Positions 24,331 through 36,952 are shown, counted from the first letter of the stretch. The stretch: DNA of 40,110 nucleotides from Octopus bimaculoides (GCF_001194135.2 NC_069007.1:1168181-1208290), one strand, 5' to 3'. Notes: a model not told the origin generated them from the letters alone. A program made the numbers and translations.

Positions 24331-25393
24331 TACAGCGAGAGAGAAAGAGAGTGAGAGAGAATGTGAGAGAGAGAGAGAGAAAAAGCACCTCTCTATCTAT
24401 TTCTTTGTAAATGAGTGTGTTTGACCCTGTGTGTGAGCGTGTGTGTGTGAGTGTGTTTGTGAGTGTGTTTATGTGTGAGGGGCATTCATCGTTGCCAGGA
24501 ATTTATTGCTAATGCATTCGTTCTTTTATTTCTAATCCTTTGATATCCAATGCATCTTTATAAATAAGCATTGAATTGCTTAGCTCAACTTTATGGCGTC
24601 GACAAATGTTCTCAGAACACCAAATGCCTTTCTTAATCCCGCTCAACAATTTGGTCTTCTCTACTCTAATCTTTATAAGCAGAATCCAGTCTGGCAATAG
24701 GAATTAGTTATTTAGCCGATTGCTAAACAGCCTTTGTATAGCGTTTCGTAGCCGTAATAGCCTAGTCTGTTTCTTTTTTTATATTTTCCTTCTATTTCGT
24801 TTAAAACCTTGTTGGTTTTGTAGATACGTTGATAAATGGCCGCTAGTGTCTATAAAATAACGAATGACTGCTGGTTAGAAAGATCTGGATATACAAGTGT
24901 TACATATTGTTTTCCAGATTTTTCGAATTTAGATCGGTGGTTTGGGCAATAATAGTTTAACTGCCGACAGATCAATTCCTTGTTGAGCAGCATATTTTTC
25001 TCAGAATACTTGTATCAGATATGTGGTTTGTATTTATGTGCTGAACAACCGACAAGAGGATCGATTCTTATTTGATGACAATTCGAAGATTTGTTCCTAG
25101 TAATTTAATGGAAAATGTGGTCTCCAGGCAGAGTATATTGTTGGTATTTCATTTGTACTCTCAACACACCGTCGGAGATATATAACTGTCCAGTTTTGAA
25201 TCAGCACCAATATACAATAATCTTTATCTACACAAACGATCTTCACGTTAAATCTTATTTTATATATATATGAGTTTGTGTGTGTGTGTGTTACACTTTC
25301 GAGTGACTTGGAATCATATATAGCCTAGCTTTACATTCTATACTCCCTACTTACTACACACGCACGCGCACGCACACACACATACACACACAT

Positions 25394-25448
<55 letters not shown>

Positions 25449-25804
25449 TATGCGCCTGTTAATATATAAGTGTTATGGAAACTTCCTCCGATATGAAGAA
25501 AAATGTAACCCCTATGACGGTTGGGGAGTTGTCAGTGAAACCCTGGTGCTTTCAATGCCGTCTCGCCCACCCGATAATGTGTCCCTGGATGGTTTATCTG
25601 GTTTAAATGTCCCTCACTGGTTGTGCACCGAAATAAGAGCTAGTATGTACTTAGTTTCTCATAAATCAAGCATGGAAACAATAACCCGGAATGAATATGA
25701 AAATATGGTATGCTAAATTCTTTTGACACGCTACTTTTATTACGCATGCAATGTATTAATGAAGTTTCCCGCGAAGAACACCCCGTGAAAAGGTCCCTCT
25801 CACA

Positions 25805-25843
<39 letters not shown>

Positions 25844-26289
25844 ACACGCACGTGTGTGTGTGTGTATATGTATGTATGAATACATATGTCTGTATGAATA
25901 TGTGTGTATTGATTGAAGTATTCTTTTCTTCCAAATACCTACACACGCATATATACACAAGTATGAACTTGCGTGAATACGTGTGTATGCGTGTATACGC
26001 ATAAATAATAGATGGACGTGTAGGTTACGTAAGTTAATACACCCCAAATATAAAATAAGAGATAAGGCAGGTAATTACGAGATGAATGTGTGTGTGTGTA
26101 TATAAAGTATATAAATATATATATGTATGTGTATATACATATATATATGTATGTATATGCATTTATATGTGTGTGTGCATATGAGCATGTAACGCCCACA
26201 AACTCATACTGGATCACGCACGTATATGATTATATATATTTGGAAGAGAAAGAGGTGATATAGTTATGCATACATATATATATACATAA

Positions 26290-26347
<58 letters not shown>

Positions 26348-26487
26348 GTATGTGCGGATGTGTGTGTATATGTGTATTCATTTATATATACATACATATC
26401 TATATATATATATACATATATATATATTTATTTATACATTCATACACATGTATGCATATATATATTTATCTGTACATACATATGTAT

Positions 26488-26525
<38 letters not shown>

Positions 26526-26618
26526 ACACATATGTATATGTATGTATGTACGTATGTACACTATATTAGATTGCATGTGTTTATTGCGTATTTGACATGT
26601 GTATCTGTTGGTGCATAT

Positions 26619-26669
<51 letters not shown>

Positions 26670-27686
26670 GTATCNNNNNNNNNNGTGTGTGTGTGTGTGT
26701 GTTTGGTATCTAAGTAGATGCTTAGAAGGTGCCTAAAATTCGATTGCCACTAATGAATAACTAATAAGATTTTGATGAAAATGTTTCAGCTTCCTCATCA
26801 ATAGATGTTAATTGACAAACAAAGGCAGAGCTCTATTCCAACCGACTGTTTCAGCGTTTGCCTTTTTCTCATTAGCAGCTTTTGCCTGGTTTCTGGGTGT
26901 GTTGACGTTGGAGGTGAGGCCATTTGCCGCATTTCGTTTACTATTGCATAAATTTAACATGCTGTTCTTGCTCGTGTGTTACTATTTAGCCCTAATTATT
27001 CTCTTGAACAAGTACACCAGTGATCATACCCGTATCCGGGCTTTTGTATAACTAAGTTTCAAGTATAATATAATTAAATTGTAAAATGAGATATGTTGGA
27101 GATTTTGCTGCAGTTTTTAATCAGTTAGATACACAAGATATATACTTAGTTCCTGAAATTGTGTAACCCATACTAACAATGTTAGATTAGGCCTATTACC
27201 TACGGCATTCCACCTACCATCATATGTTTTGTTTCGGTAAGTTTGAAGGTAATTTTATATAATTTTTGCTTTTTTATGATAGAGATCTGGCTTCAGAACA
27301 TTATGCATTCATGATGCGACAATTTTTTTGTTTTCGCTGCTTTCGCGAATTCCCATGAATATCTGGATTGGGAGCTTGGGTTATTGTGAATATTTCATTA
27401 GCTGAGTATGCAATCCCTACAGATGCGTTTCAGTTACTTGCTAGATATTGGTGATACTGATGTTTGATCTTTTTGGATTCTTCCGCTCAACATCAGTGTA
27501 AGAAGCACAGTTAGCTCAGTTGAGCTCTTCCGCTCCGTATTCACAATCCGCCAAGCAGCCTTCCCACGACGGCGCCGCATCTCTGGCAGAGTGGCTGAAT
27601 AGGTGCAACGCATTGCTAGCCCGTAGCTATGCGGGGTACGGTTGTCACTCTATGAGGTATTTTCAAAATACCTCATGCCCACTTAC

Positions 27687-27701
27687 CACTCATGAAATCT
27701 T
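27687..27701 (-). other. Candidate 15-nt microexon
   Basis: ccttatatctcatttggaactcttgtctgcag|AAGATTTCATGAGTG|gtaagt; length is a multiple of 3; two frames are stop-free. Confidence 0.3.
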
Positions 27702-27856
27702 CTGCAGACAAGAGTTCCAAATGAGATATAAGGGGTCTCAGGGACGACAAAATATGGATGATATTCCTTGAATATCACTAGAATATCTAAGGCATCAGAT
27801 CTTGTGCTCAAAAAGTGTGACGGATTCGGCTGTTGTTTCTGTTTTTTTTCTCGCAG

Positions 27857-27872
27857 GTCGACTTTCATACAG
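27857..27872 (+). other. Candidate 16-nt microexon
   Basis: ctgttgtttctgttttttttctcgcag|GTCGACTTTCATACAG|gtaact; strong acceptor; not frame-preserving. Confidence 0.25.
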
Positions 27873-27976
27873 GTAACTAATTATTTTATTTCGAAAAATC
27901 GGAACTTTCTCAAATAATTTGAAGATCCTGACACGATTGATAACATCGGAGTCAGAGCAAGGAAATCAAATAGAAT

Positions 27977-28135
27977 AGGAGTGGCTGTGTGGTAAGAAGT
28001 TTGCTTCTCAACCACAGGGTTCCGGGTTTTGTCCTACTGCGTGGCACCTTGGGCGAGTGTCTTCTACTATAGCCTCGAGCCGAACAAAGCCTTGTGAGTG
28101 GATTTAGTAGATGGAAACTGAAAGAAACCTGTCGC

Positions 28136-28213
<78 letters not shown>

Positions 28214-28398
28214 TTGTGTGTGTGTCTGTGTTTGTGTGTTTATGTCTCAGTAACTTAGCGGTTCGACATAAGATACCGACAGAATAAGTACTAGGCTTAC
28301 AAAGTATAAGCTCTGGGGTCCATTTGTTTGACTAAATGTGATGCTCCAGCATGGCCGCAGTCAAATAACTGAAACAAGTAAAATAGTTAAAGAAAAGA
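27977..28398 (+). mobile_element. tRNA-derived SINE, family 2, full length with an internal (TA)n(TG)n microsatellite
   Basis: GGAGTGGCTGTGTGGTAAG A-box-like start; GGCACCTTGGGCGAGTGTCTTCTACT central domain (CORE-like); microsatellite about 28137-28235; tail ...CTCCAGCATGGCCGCAGTCAAATAACTGAAACAAGTAAAA. Confidence 0.85.
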
Positions 28399-28407
28399 AT
28401 AAAAAAA

Positions 28408-28612
28408 TCTTTCTAGGTTTGCCACAGAACCAGAGAGGAAGGAAAAGCCGATTACATCGATGCCATTGCTCAAGTGATGCCTTTTTATTGACTCCGAAAG
28501 ACGGAGAGGAAAATTGAACCTGAACGCAGTTTGAATCTAGAATTTAAAAGCCGGAAAAAATTGTTACAAACATCCTTTATTCCGACGCCTAATCATCGAT
28601 TCTTCCAGCTCG
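28408..28612 (-). mobile_element. Old, diverged SINE family 1 copy
   Basis: Collinear but degenerate match to 7769-7983. Confidence 0.6.
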
Positions 28613-28967
28613 ATGAATAAAGAAAGAGTGTGAAGAAAATATATTTCAAAAGAACCCAAGAAATGATACAGTGACAAGTTGCAATTATAAATGGCAATAT
28701 GATTAGAAAACAATCATGATCTATTTTAATAATTTTTAGGTTAAAAAGACCATTCTAGAGCACTCTCCTCAAGCACTTTTTGCCAATTCCATCGCCACTC
28801 AGTTCGTATTTCAGACTTATTTATTTTAATGGTCTTCATTTCTGGAATATCTAAACTGTGACACAACATTGACTTTTAAACTGATTAGAAAATATATAAA
28901 CACGGAAAGAGATACTTCACACACACATACACAACAATGACACACGTATACATACATACATACATAC

Positions 28968-29012
<45 letters not shown>

Positions 29013-30424
29013 GCACACATTCTCAAGTAATATAAAACTACAAACGTATCTATTAAGGAAAAAGAGAAAATTAATACAAATATATATCTAATTCAAACCA
29101 AACAGATAACTATTTAATTTCTTCAAGAAAAACAGTAAATACAACAAAAGTCTGGGATGAAATATCATGACAACTTGTGAAAACGTGAAGAGAGTTAATG
29201 CAAAATGGAATTACAGAATGCCAGGCTATATTGATGGAACTACATGACCATTACACTAACAAAGAAACATAATGGAACTTACAACATTAATGTTTTCCTC
29301 TGTTATGCCACACAAGCCCAGCTGTAGCAATCTAGAGAATGGTTATTCACATCTAGCAGTAAGTCTACCATCTTAATCTCATCCACGCGTCCACCGAGAT
29401 ATGAAGGTACCAGAATTACTGCCCGACTTTTGAAAGTCTATAGCATGATTCCTTGCCACGGAAACTGATGTGGAGGTGTGTTTCTCTTTGTACTCCTCCA
29501 CTAATTTTCTCTTGTGCTCTGGCAATTACCAGTTGCTTTTGTAAATTTTGTTATACACAATTCGTCCTTCTCTGCGACAGGGGTTGCAGTGTTAACTCAA
29601 TCTTTTCTGATGTTTCCTCTGATCGAATGATGGGCCGCATTAATCATTATGGGTTGAGTGGGGGGGGGGCGAAGCGTGTGTTTCTTTGGTAGTGAGAAAT
29701 CCTTTTGCATTATTGAGTTTTTTGTGACAGTTGCGGAAGCATCTCTCTTCTGTCATTGTCGCTCAGTGACGTGGTTGTGCCGGAGGTGGGGGGAGGTGGT
29801 GGTGCTGGTGCTGGTGATGGTGGTNNNNNNNNNNNNNNNNNNNNNNNNNNNNNNNNNNNNNNNNNNNNNNNNNNNNNNNNNNNNNNNNNNNNNNNNNNNN
29901 NNNNNNNNNNNNNNNNNNNNNNNNNNNNNNNNNNNNNNNNNNNNNNNNNNNNNNNNNNNNNNNNNNNNNNNNNNNNNNNNNNNNNNNNNNNNNNNNNNNN
30001 NNNNNNNNNNNNNNNNNNNNNNNNNNNNNNNNNNNNNNNNNNNNNNNNNNNNNNNNNNNNNNNNNNNNNNNNNNNNNNNNNNNNNNNNNNNNNNNNNNNN
30101 NNNNNNNNNNNNNNNNNNNNNNNNNNNNNNNNNNNNNNNNNNNNNNNNNNNNNNNNNNNNNNNNNNNNNNNNNNNNNNNNNNNNNNNNNNNNNNNNNNNN
30201 NNNNNNNNNNNNNNNNNNNNNNNNNNNNNNNNNNNNNNNNNNNNNNNNNNNNNNNNNNNNNNNNNNNNNNNAAAAATGCGCGAATTCCTTCTTTCGCTTG
30301 ATATTTATTGCGGAGACGCGGCTGAACGTCACGGCGGTTGGTTCAACCACTGGAAACGGGATCGGAATCACCGACCGTCAAGTCAACTGCCTGAAGGCTC
30401 CAAGGGACCACGGTTGAAATAGTC

Positions 30425-30511
30425 GACGACATCCACTACCACCACCACCACCACCACCACCACCACTACTGCTACTACTACTACTACTACTACTACTACT
30501 GCTGCTGCTAG

Positions 30512-30544
<33 letters not shown>

Positions 30545-30770
30545 GATGATGACGATGTCAAACACCACTATCACCACCACGACCACCACACCACGAACAA
30601 TACTACCACCAAAACCACTACTACTATGACGACAACCACTACTACCACCTCTATCACCACCACCATGACTACATTGCTACCACTACGACGATGACGACAA
30701 CGAAGACAACCACAACCACCACCACCACCACCGCCGACACCACCAGAACAAACCCCAACACTACCGTTAG

Positions 30771-30801
<31 letters not shown>

Positions 30802-30803
30802 GA
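30425..30803. repeat. Compound (ACC/ACT/GAC)n tract
   Basis: Visible directly; source of the poly-V ORFs. Confidence 0.9.
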
Positions 30804-31431
30804 ATAATATTGTGCAGTATATATTCCGGATTTCTGCATTATAGAAAAACTAATCTTCAATCGGCTTTAATACCTAGAAGCAGGTGAAACTCGGGTGTTA
30901 TTTCGTCGATCACGGGTTTCCAAGTGCAGTTTATCTAGCGGTGACCTTCAAGTGATTGGCTTTTAGCTTTTGTAAACTATTCAAAGTTTGCAGGTGAAAT
31001 TTTTCTTCGCCAGTGTTTCGCAAGCGATTCTAACAGAGGCGTCCAAAAGGAAGACGCTACATCACGAACTCAGAAAATGGAGATAGTTGAAGAGGAACGA
31101 AACGAAAACATTGACAAAATAAATTAGAAATATAATAATTGACTGATTATTTGTGGTGTGGTGGTGCTGGCTCGTGTTGGATGGCAAACGTTTTGTGATG
31201 GCGCAACGGGTCTTCTAAGAATACGTCGATGGAATGGCGGAGTAAATTAGAAAAAAAACAAACAAAACAAGACAAAACAATATTCTTAGAAATATGCAGA
31301 ATGATGTATGTTGAATATATTTTAGCGGTTAACATTTCGAAGTTGCTTCACATGATATCGACATATTCAGTGCGTGACCCAAAACTATTCAAACATGGCA
31401 TATGCTTAGGCAGCTACAGTTTGTTTCAATG

Positions 31432-31448
31432 TAATAATAATAATAATG

Positions 31449-31500
<52 letters not shown>

Positions 31501-31558
31501 TGATCATGATCATGATAATAATAAATGATGATGATAATGATCATGATAATAAGTGATG

Positions 31559-31601
<43 letters not shown>

Positions 31602-31665
31602 TAATAATAGTAATAATGAAAATAACAATAGTAATAATATTGATAATAATGATGATGATGATAAT
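31432..31665. repeat. (AAT/GAT)n tract
   Basis: Visible directly. Confidence 0.95.
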
Positions 31666-31675
31666 ATATGTATCT

Positions 31676-31830
31676 GTGTGTCTGTGTTTGTCCACCACCA
31701 CCACCACCATTGCTTGACAACCGATGTTGGTGTGTTTACGTCGCCGTAACGTACCGGTCGATTTGGAGTCGATTTGTTCGACAAAGGGTGGTGCTCCAGT
31801 TGAATGACTGCAAGAGTTAAAGAATTTATA
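31676..31830 (+). mobile_element. SINE family 2, 3' half with an internal deletion
   Basis: GTGTCTGTGTTTGT...GTAAC...GTCGATTTGTTCGAC...GGTGCTCCAG...GACTG parallels 28220-28380. Confidence 0.65.
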
Positions 31831-31849
31831 TATGTCGAGACATATTTCA

Positions 31850-31899
<50 letters not shown>

Positions 31900-33473
31900 G
31901 CGTGTGCCTGTGTGTTTTTACCAACTCCTGCCACTTGGCATTCGGTATTCCTTACATTATTTTCACTAATGATATACTTTAACCTACATTGTTCAATGTT
32001 CTCCTCATACCGTTCATTCAAATCCTTTCAGACTTTGAAATATAAGGGGTTTACGTAACCATAAGATCAAAACCTCATCGATCCGTTCTTTCTTCTACAC
32101 ATTCGAGATTAACTTGGCTGTATGTACCATGCATTTTCTAATTACTTAAGACCATGTTTAATTCGTAAACAGTAACAATTAATCTTTTGACATTACCCCG
32201 CCACTCACGTTTCGCTGAGCGGAATATCCATAATGTGACGAGAGGCGGGATAAAAGGATACAACATGATACAATAATCCAGTTTGTTTTTGATGCTCCAA
32301 AGAAATGAAATAGAAAACAAATGAGATTGAACTCGGAGTGCAGAGAACCGGGAGAAAAATATATCTGAATACCTTTAACCTTACGTTTGGACGTCTGCCA
32401 AACGATGGCGTATTTAAGGGTCAGTAAATAATTATGTATCCCGTGAAGGCGCCTGGATTAATGCCGTGAACGTGCCTGGTTTACTGAGATGTGTGAAGAT
32501 TTACGGTGCAATCTTTCAAAGTAGAAAGAGGAAACAAGTAAAACATTTCCGTAATCTTCGAAGAGAAAGATCGATGCCACTGCCGAATATTAGAGGTGTG
32601 ATGGCAGGGTAGTATTCGTAGCATGCGGTAGTATTTCGGGTGGATTATAGTTATATCTATTTCTTTTGTGAATTCCAATTTTACCCCGAATATTCAACAT
32701 TCTCCGATATTCCACTTGGAGAACTGTCATAACGTCCAAGTTTGGGGTGACCGTTCTTCAGCTATTTGGAACGGGCCCATAGACGTAGTTATACAGGCTC
32801 ACTCGCCTTGCTAGAAATGGCAACATTTCTCCTTTGAACCAAACTGTATAGGTTCAATTGTGGCTTGTTTGCTTTGCTTGTTTACTTCCTCAGGTCTGAC
32901 CCTCAAAAACTGAACTGCAAAATAACAAACAACATGCGATAACCGTGTTGTTACGTTCCACAAGAGTATTAACACGTTTAGTCTAGGTATCAAAAGAAAA
33001 AAGTAGAACAAAAGACAAAAAAAATGTAGTCACAAGTCTTATTTCATTCGAAAAGTGTCGAGTCTAATTTTTCTTTTCTTTTTTTTTAATATTTTCCAAA
33101 ACAAGAAGAGAACATTCAGGAAACAACGACAGAAATGTAACACGATAAAAGGAAATAATGAAATTTGCGAAATAGCCAAGTAAAATTAATCCATTTTATA
33201 TAATTCTGTTGACGTTTCTCGTTCTGCCTCTTACGTTTACTCTCTCGCTTTCTCGTTCATTATATATATTATATATATATATATATATNNNNNNNNNNNN
33301 NNNNNNNNNNNNNNNNNNNNNNNNNNNNNNNNNNNNNNNNNNNNNNNNNNNNNNNNNNNNNNNNNNNNNNNNNNNNNNNNNNNNNNNNNNNNNNNNNNNN
33401 NNNNNNNTATATAAGTGTGTGTGTGTGTGTGTGTGTGTGTGCATGTGTGTGTATGTATGTATATTTATATATG

Positions 33474-33510
<37 letters not shown>

Positions 33511-34247
33511 TTTTCGTTTTCTCTCTATACCTCAATGATAATATAAAGCAATGACTTTTCAATAGTTGATTATATTTAAAAGCAAGAAAGTGCTTTTGTA
33601 TGGCTTTATTATTATTACTTTTTTTCGTTCATTGTTTGTTTGTTTGCTTCTTATTTTTGTTCTTTTTAAAAGTAAAATTCAATGTAAAACCAACGAACGG
33701 ACATAAAACATGGCGCCGATTTGAAAAGAGTAAAAAAAAAAGATACAAATCTTATTTTGACGAAAAGTGGCTAATGAAAACGAACTAATAAACAAGATAT
33801 GGTAATAGTTGTTTCTCGCTATATCATTTATTAATATTATTCATAAGGCAACACCAGGCGTTTAAATAAGAAAGATCACTGCCAGACAAAATGGAGACCC
33901 GTACCATTTATCGATTCTTTCTGATCATTTATAATTTAGAGCTTTCGAGAAAATTCTTTAATAGCTCGTCGGAGAAGACAGGGTGGATGGATAAATTAAT
34001 AATGACGACTATTGTTGTAAAGAGAATCTTGAAAGCTATTTATTTTGTTTTGTTACTTTTCTTTTTATTCCTTCCTTTCTTTCTTTCTATTCTTTTCTTT
34101 TCTTTTCGTTCTCACTAGCTTTTTGTAAATAATACTGACTTTGTCATGGTACACAATATAATGCTAGTGCTAAGTAAGTTTTCTACTGAACAAAAATATT
34201 TAAAAAATGCCAAAAAAAAACCTCCAATGATATTACAATAAATATCT

Positions 34248-34440
34248 ACTACTACTACTACTATTACTACTACTACATACTGTTATACTAACAACACCGA
34301 CAACTACTTCATTAAGAATAACAGCTACCACTATCACTACCAAATCTCCTACTTCCCTTAGAACAGCAGCAACAAAAACTACTACTGCTACTACTACTAT
34401 TACTACTACTTCCACCGTTGCTGCTGCTGCTGCTTGCTGA
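34248..34440. repeat. Degenerate (ACT/GCT)n tract
   Basis: Visible directly. Confidence 0.85.
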
Positions 34441-34659
34441 TATGTTATTTGGATTGAAATAACTTGGAATTTCAGCAACCAACAACAAAAAAAGCAAAAA
34501 ATAGTTCAAGAAATCACAAAGAATATCAGATGATATCAATTAGGATGTAGCATTTCCTGGTGAAGAACAGCAGAAAGTACTGCAATATTAGCATGGTGGT
34601 GTGGTCGCTTGGTTACAAGTTCTTGCGGAGTTCGATCTTAAAATACACAACCTTCTAAT

Positions 34660-34862
34660 GCGGTGAGCAAGCAGGTTCGTTAGCACACCAGGCAAAATAC
34701 TTAGCGGTATTTCGTCCGTCTTTATTTCTGATTTCAATTGCCACCAAGTTCGATTTGCCTTTCATCTCTTTCGAGTACGAAGCAACAATACGTACCAGTT
34801 GACTATTGGGGTTCATGTAATCGTTTTACATTCCACCCCCGAAATGTTTGGCCTCACCTGAG
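34660..34862 (+). mobile_element. SINE family 1, diverged
   Basis: CGTTAGCACACCAGGCAAAATACTTAGCGGTATTTCGTCCGTCTTT...GCCTTTCATC...GTACCAGTT...CCCCCGAAAT. Confidence 0.8.
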
Positions 34863-34884
34863 TCTTGTTAATGAATATGATTGG

Positions 34885-35105
34885 TGAAAACGTTGTCTGT
34901 GTTATGATTGAACCCACAACCGATCGACAATTAGGATTAGCGTTGGTTAGATTACTTGCCTTAGATTAGCGTCTCCAGAAAAGGAGACCGAGAGAATAAT
35001 TACATAGCTTAAAAATAAGATCCTGGGTTGATGTTTTCGACTAATCCCTTCACGAAGGTGTCCCAACGGGTCTTCAGTCCAACGATTGAAACAGGTAGGA
35101 ACTAA
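34885..35105 (+). mobile_element. Diverged 3' half of SINE family 2
   Basis: GAGACCGAGAGAATAA...AATAAGATCCTGGG...TTCGACTAA...TTGAAACAGGTA parallels 28260-28380. Confidence 0.55.
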
Positions 35106-35528
35106 GCGATAAAATGTGTTTCTGCTTGGGTTTAGAACTGCGCTGAAACGCTTTCACTATGAATAATTTCACTTATTATTCCAAGTGTCTATGAGCGTAT
35201 ATGGTACCAGGACCAGAGACGCCCAGTTTCTTGGCTGTCCCGCCACTGGCCTAATGTAATATCAACGATATGAATTCTGGGAAATGAGACCTCTGCACCA
35301 ACAACCAGTCAGCACTTATTTGCATTTGAGTATACTGGAGTCACATGACATGAAGTGCCTTCACAAAGGTAAAACACGACGTCAGATCAAGGAATCGAAA
35401 GCACGACTTTCTCTCACTTGCCTTCTCTACCATCCGTATATTTGTTGTTTAGTGTGTATGTGTGCGTGCGGCAAAACCATCTTCGTAACCACACACTCTT
35501 CTTCTTCTTCTTCTTATTATTATTTTTA

Positions 35529-35745
35529 AGGCAGCTAGCTGCAAGAATCGTTAGCGCACCGGACAAAATGCGTGGCGTCGTCTCCTCCGTCATTACGTTC
35601 TGGTTCCCAATTCTTCTGCCAAGGTTAACTTTTACTTTTCATCATTTCATGTCGATAAAATAAGTACCAGGTGAACACTGGGGTTGATGTAATCGATATA
35701 CTTATTTCCCTTCGACTTGCTGGCCTTGTTCCAAAATTCGAAATT
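35529..35745 (+). mobile_element. SINE family 1, diverged
   Basis: AAGGCAG...GAATCGTTAGC...CCGGACAAAATGC...TTACGTTCTG...GTCGATAAAATAAGTACCAG...GGCCTTGT then (ATT)n. Confidence 0.8.
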
Positions 35746-36277
35746 ATTATTATTATTATTATAAATATATTTCTGTTTAAATTTGAACTCATATCGGCGA
35801 CTTCGTCATTTACAGTTCCGCTATATCTCGCATAGCAAAACAGAAGATGAATGACAGATTGAGATCAAACGTTAACATAATAATGAGATTTAGAGAAAGT
35901 CGTAATGTCTTTGTATTTCTCTTACCTCTTGGCCTGCAGGTCTGTCCCGATTGAACAGATAAGTAATCAAATAATTCAGGTGGTCACTAATCTATTTTTG
36001 TTTTTAATTAGGAGAATCTTAGGCTGAATCGTATAACTTGTTCTGTTATTAAGATGACTGGGTAATTTGAAGGATACAGTCTCGTTGTCTTATAATTGTA
36101 ATAGTTTAAAGAGGGACAGAAAAATGGTCAGGATGCCCCAACCAGAAAATAAAACGATCCTAGGAGGGTCGATTGATGCTACTCTAAACACCACCAAATC
36201 ATCCATCCAAATATAATATAGCGTCTAAAACGGGAAGATATACAACAGTTGTGGAGACTATAGGATGGCAATTATTT

Positions 36278-36495
36278 ACGTCATTTACATTTGACGGATA
36301 TTTGTCATCATCTTGTTTGTTGTTAACACAACGTTTCGGTTGATATACCCTCGAGGGGAAATTTCGAACCTGGGTTCTCATTCCTAAGGTATTTTTCGAT
36401 ATTATTATTATTATTATTATTATTCAGCTCACTGCCTAAAATTGAACTCGGAATCTTGGTATTAATAGCCCGCGCTATTAACAGCCGAATTTGTA
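36278..36495 (-). mobile_element. Composite repeat: tRNA-like head, (AAT)n and a tail resembling a Penelope-like element terminus
   Basis: Minus strand reads TTCGGCTGTTAA (tRNA-Asn-like), GAGTTCAATT (B box), (AAT)n, then ...GAGGGTATATCAACCGAAACGTTGTG.... The Penelope resemblance is from memory. Confidence 0.45.
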
Positions 36496-36884
36496 TAGAA
36501 TTTTTAGTTTTTCCATTGATTCTACCATCGTCCAGGTAAACATAGCTGCTCCAGAACATGTCACCATAATATTCTGCCAATTATAATTAACACCGTTCTG
36601 AGGATTTTCTCAATTCCACCAACTCATATCTCACCAAAGCTCTAATATGGGAGATAGTAGTCGAGACAATGGAGCCTATACTGGGTAGTTAGACTAGCTA
36701 GAAATAGCAGCCACGGTTCTCCCTAAATAAACTCAACCGTCATGAAAGAGTGTATCTCACTCGACGTAATGTAGTCCAAGGTAAACTACGACTGAGTGAC
36801 GATAAGAGATTGTCAAGGCGGGGATGTCATTGAACATAATGTTTATTCCATTCTGGCTTAAGTGGGACTCACACCAACAATGAT

Positions 36885-36902
36885 ATTAATAATAATAGTA
36901 GC

Positions 36903-36952
<50 letters not shown>

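Noticed and set aside
26660-26712. GTGTGTTTGGTATC repeated on both sides of a 10-N gap
   Set aside because: Typical unmerged contig overlap at a microsatellite, so an assembly artefact.
29240-29650. Long nearly open minus-strand frame, and a plus-strand MELTT...HLA|gtaagt segment
   Set aside because: Same chance argument; no acceptor or homolog identified.
30994-31127. Plus-strand acceptor with a 44-codon acidic frame
   Set aside because: Two frames are open, the acceptor is weak and there is no homolog.
35030-35085. CTGAAGA...GAAA on the minus strand as a second hammerhead
   Set aside because: It lies in a diverged family-2 SINE tail; no stem I or III could be formed.
35915-35965. Overlapping plus-strand acceptor and minus-strand donor
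   Set aside because: No convincing partner site on either strand.
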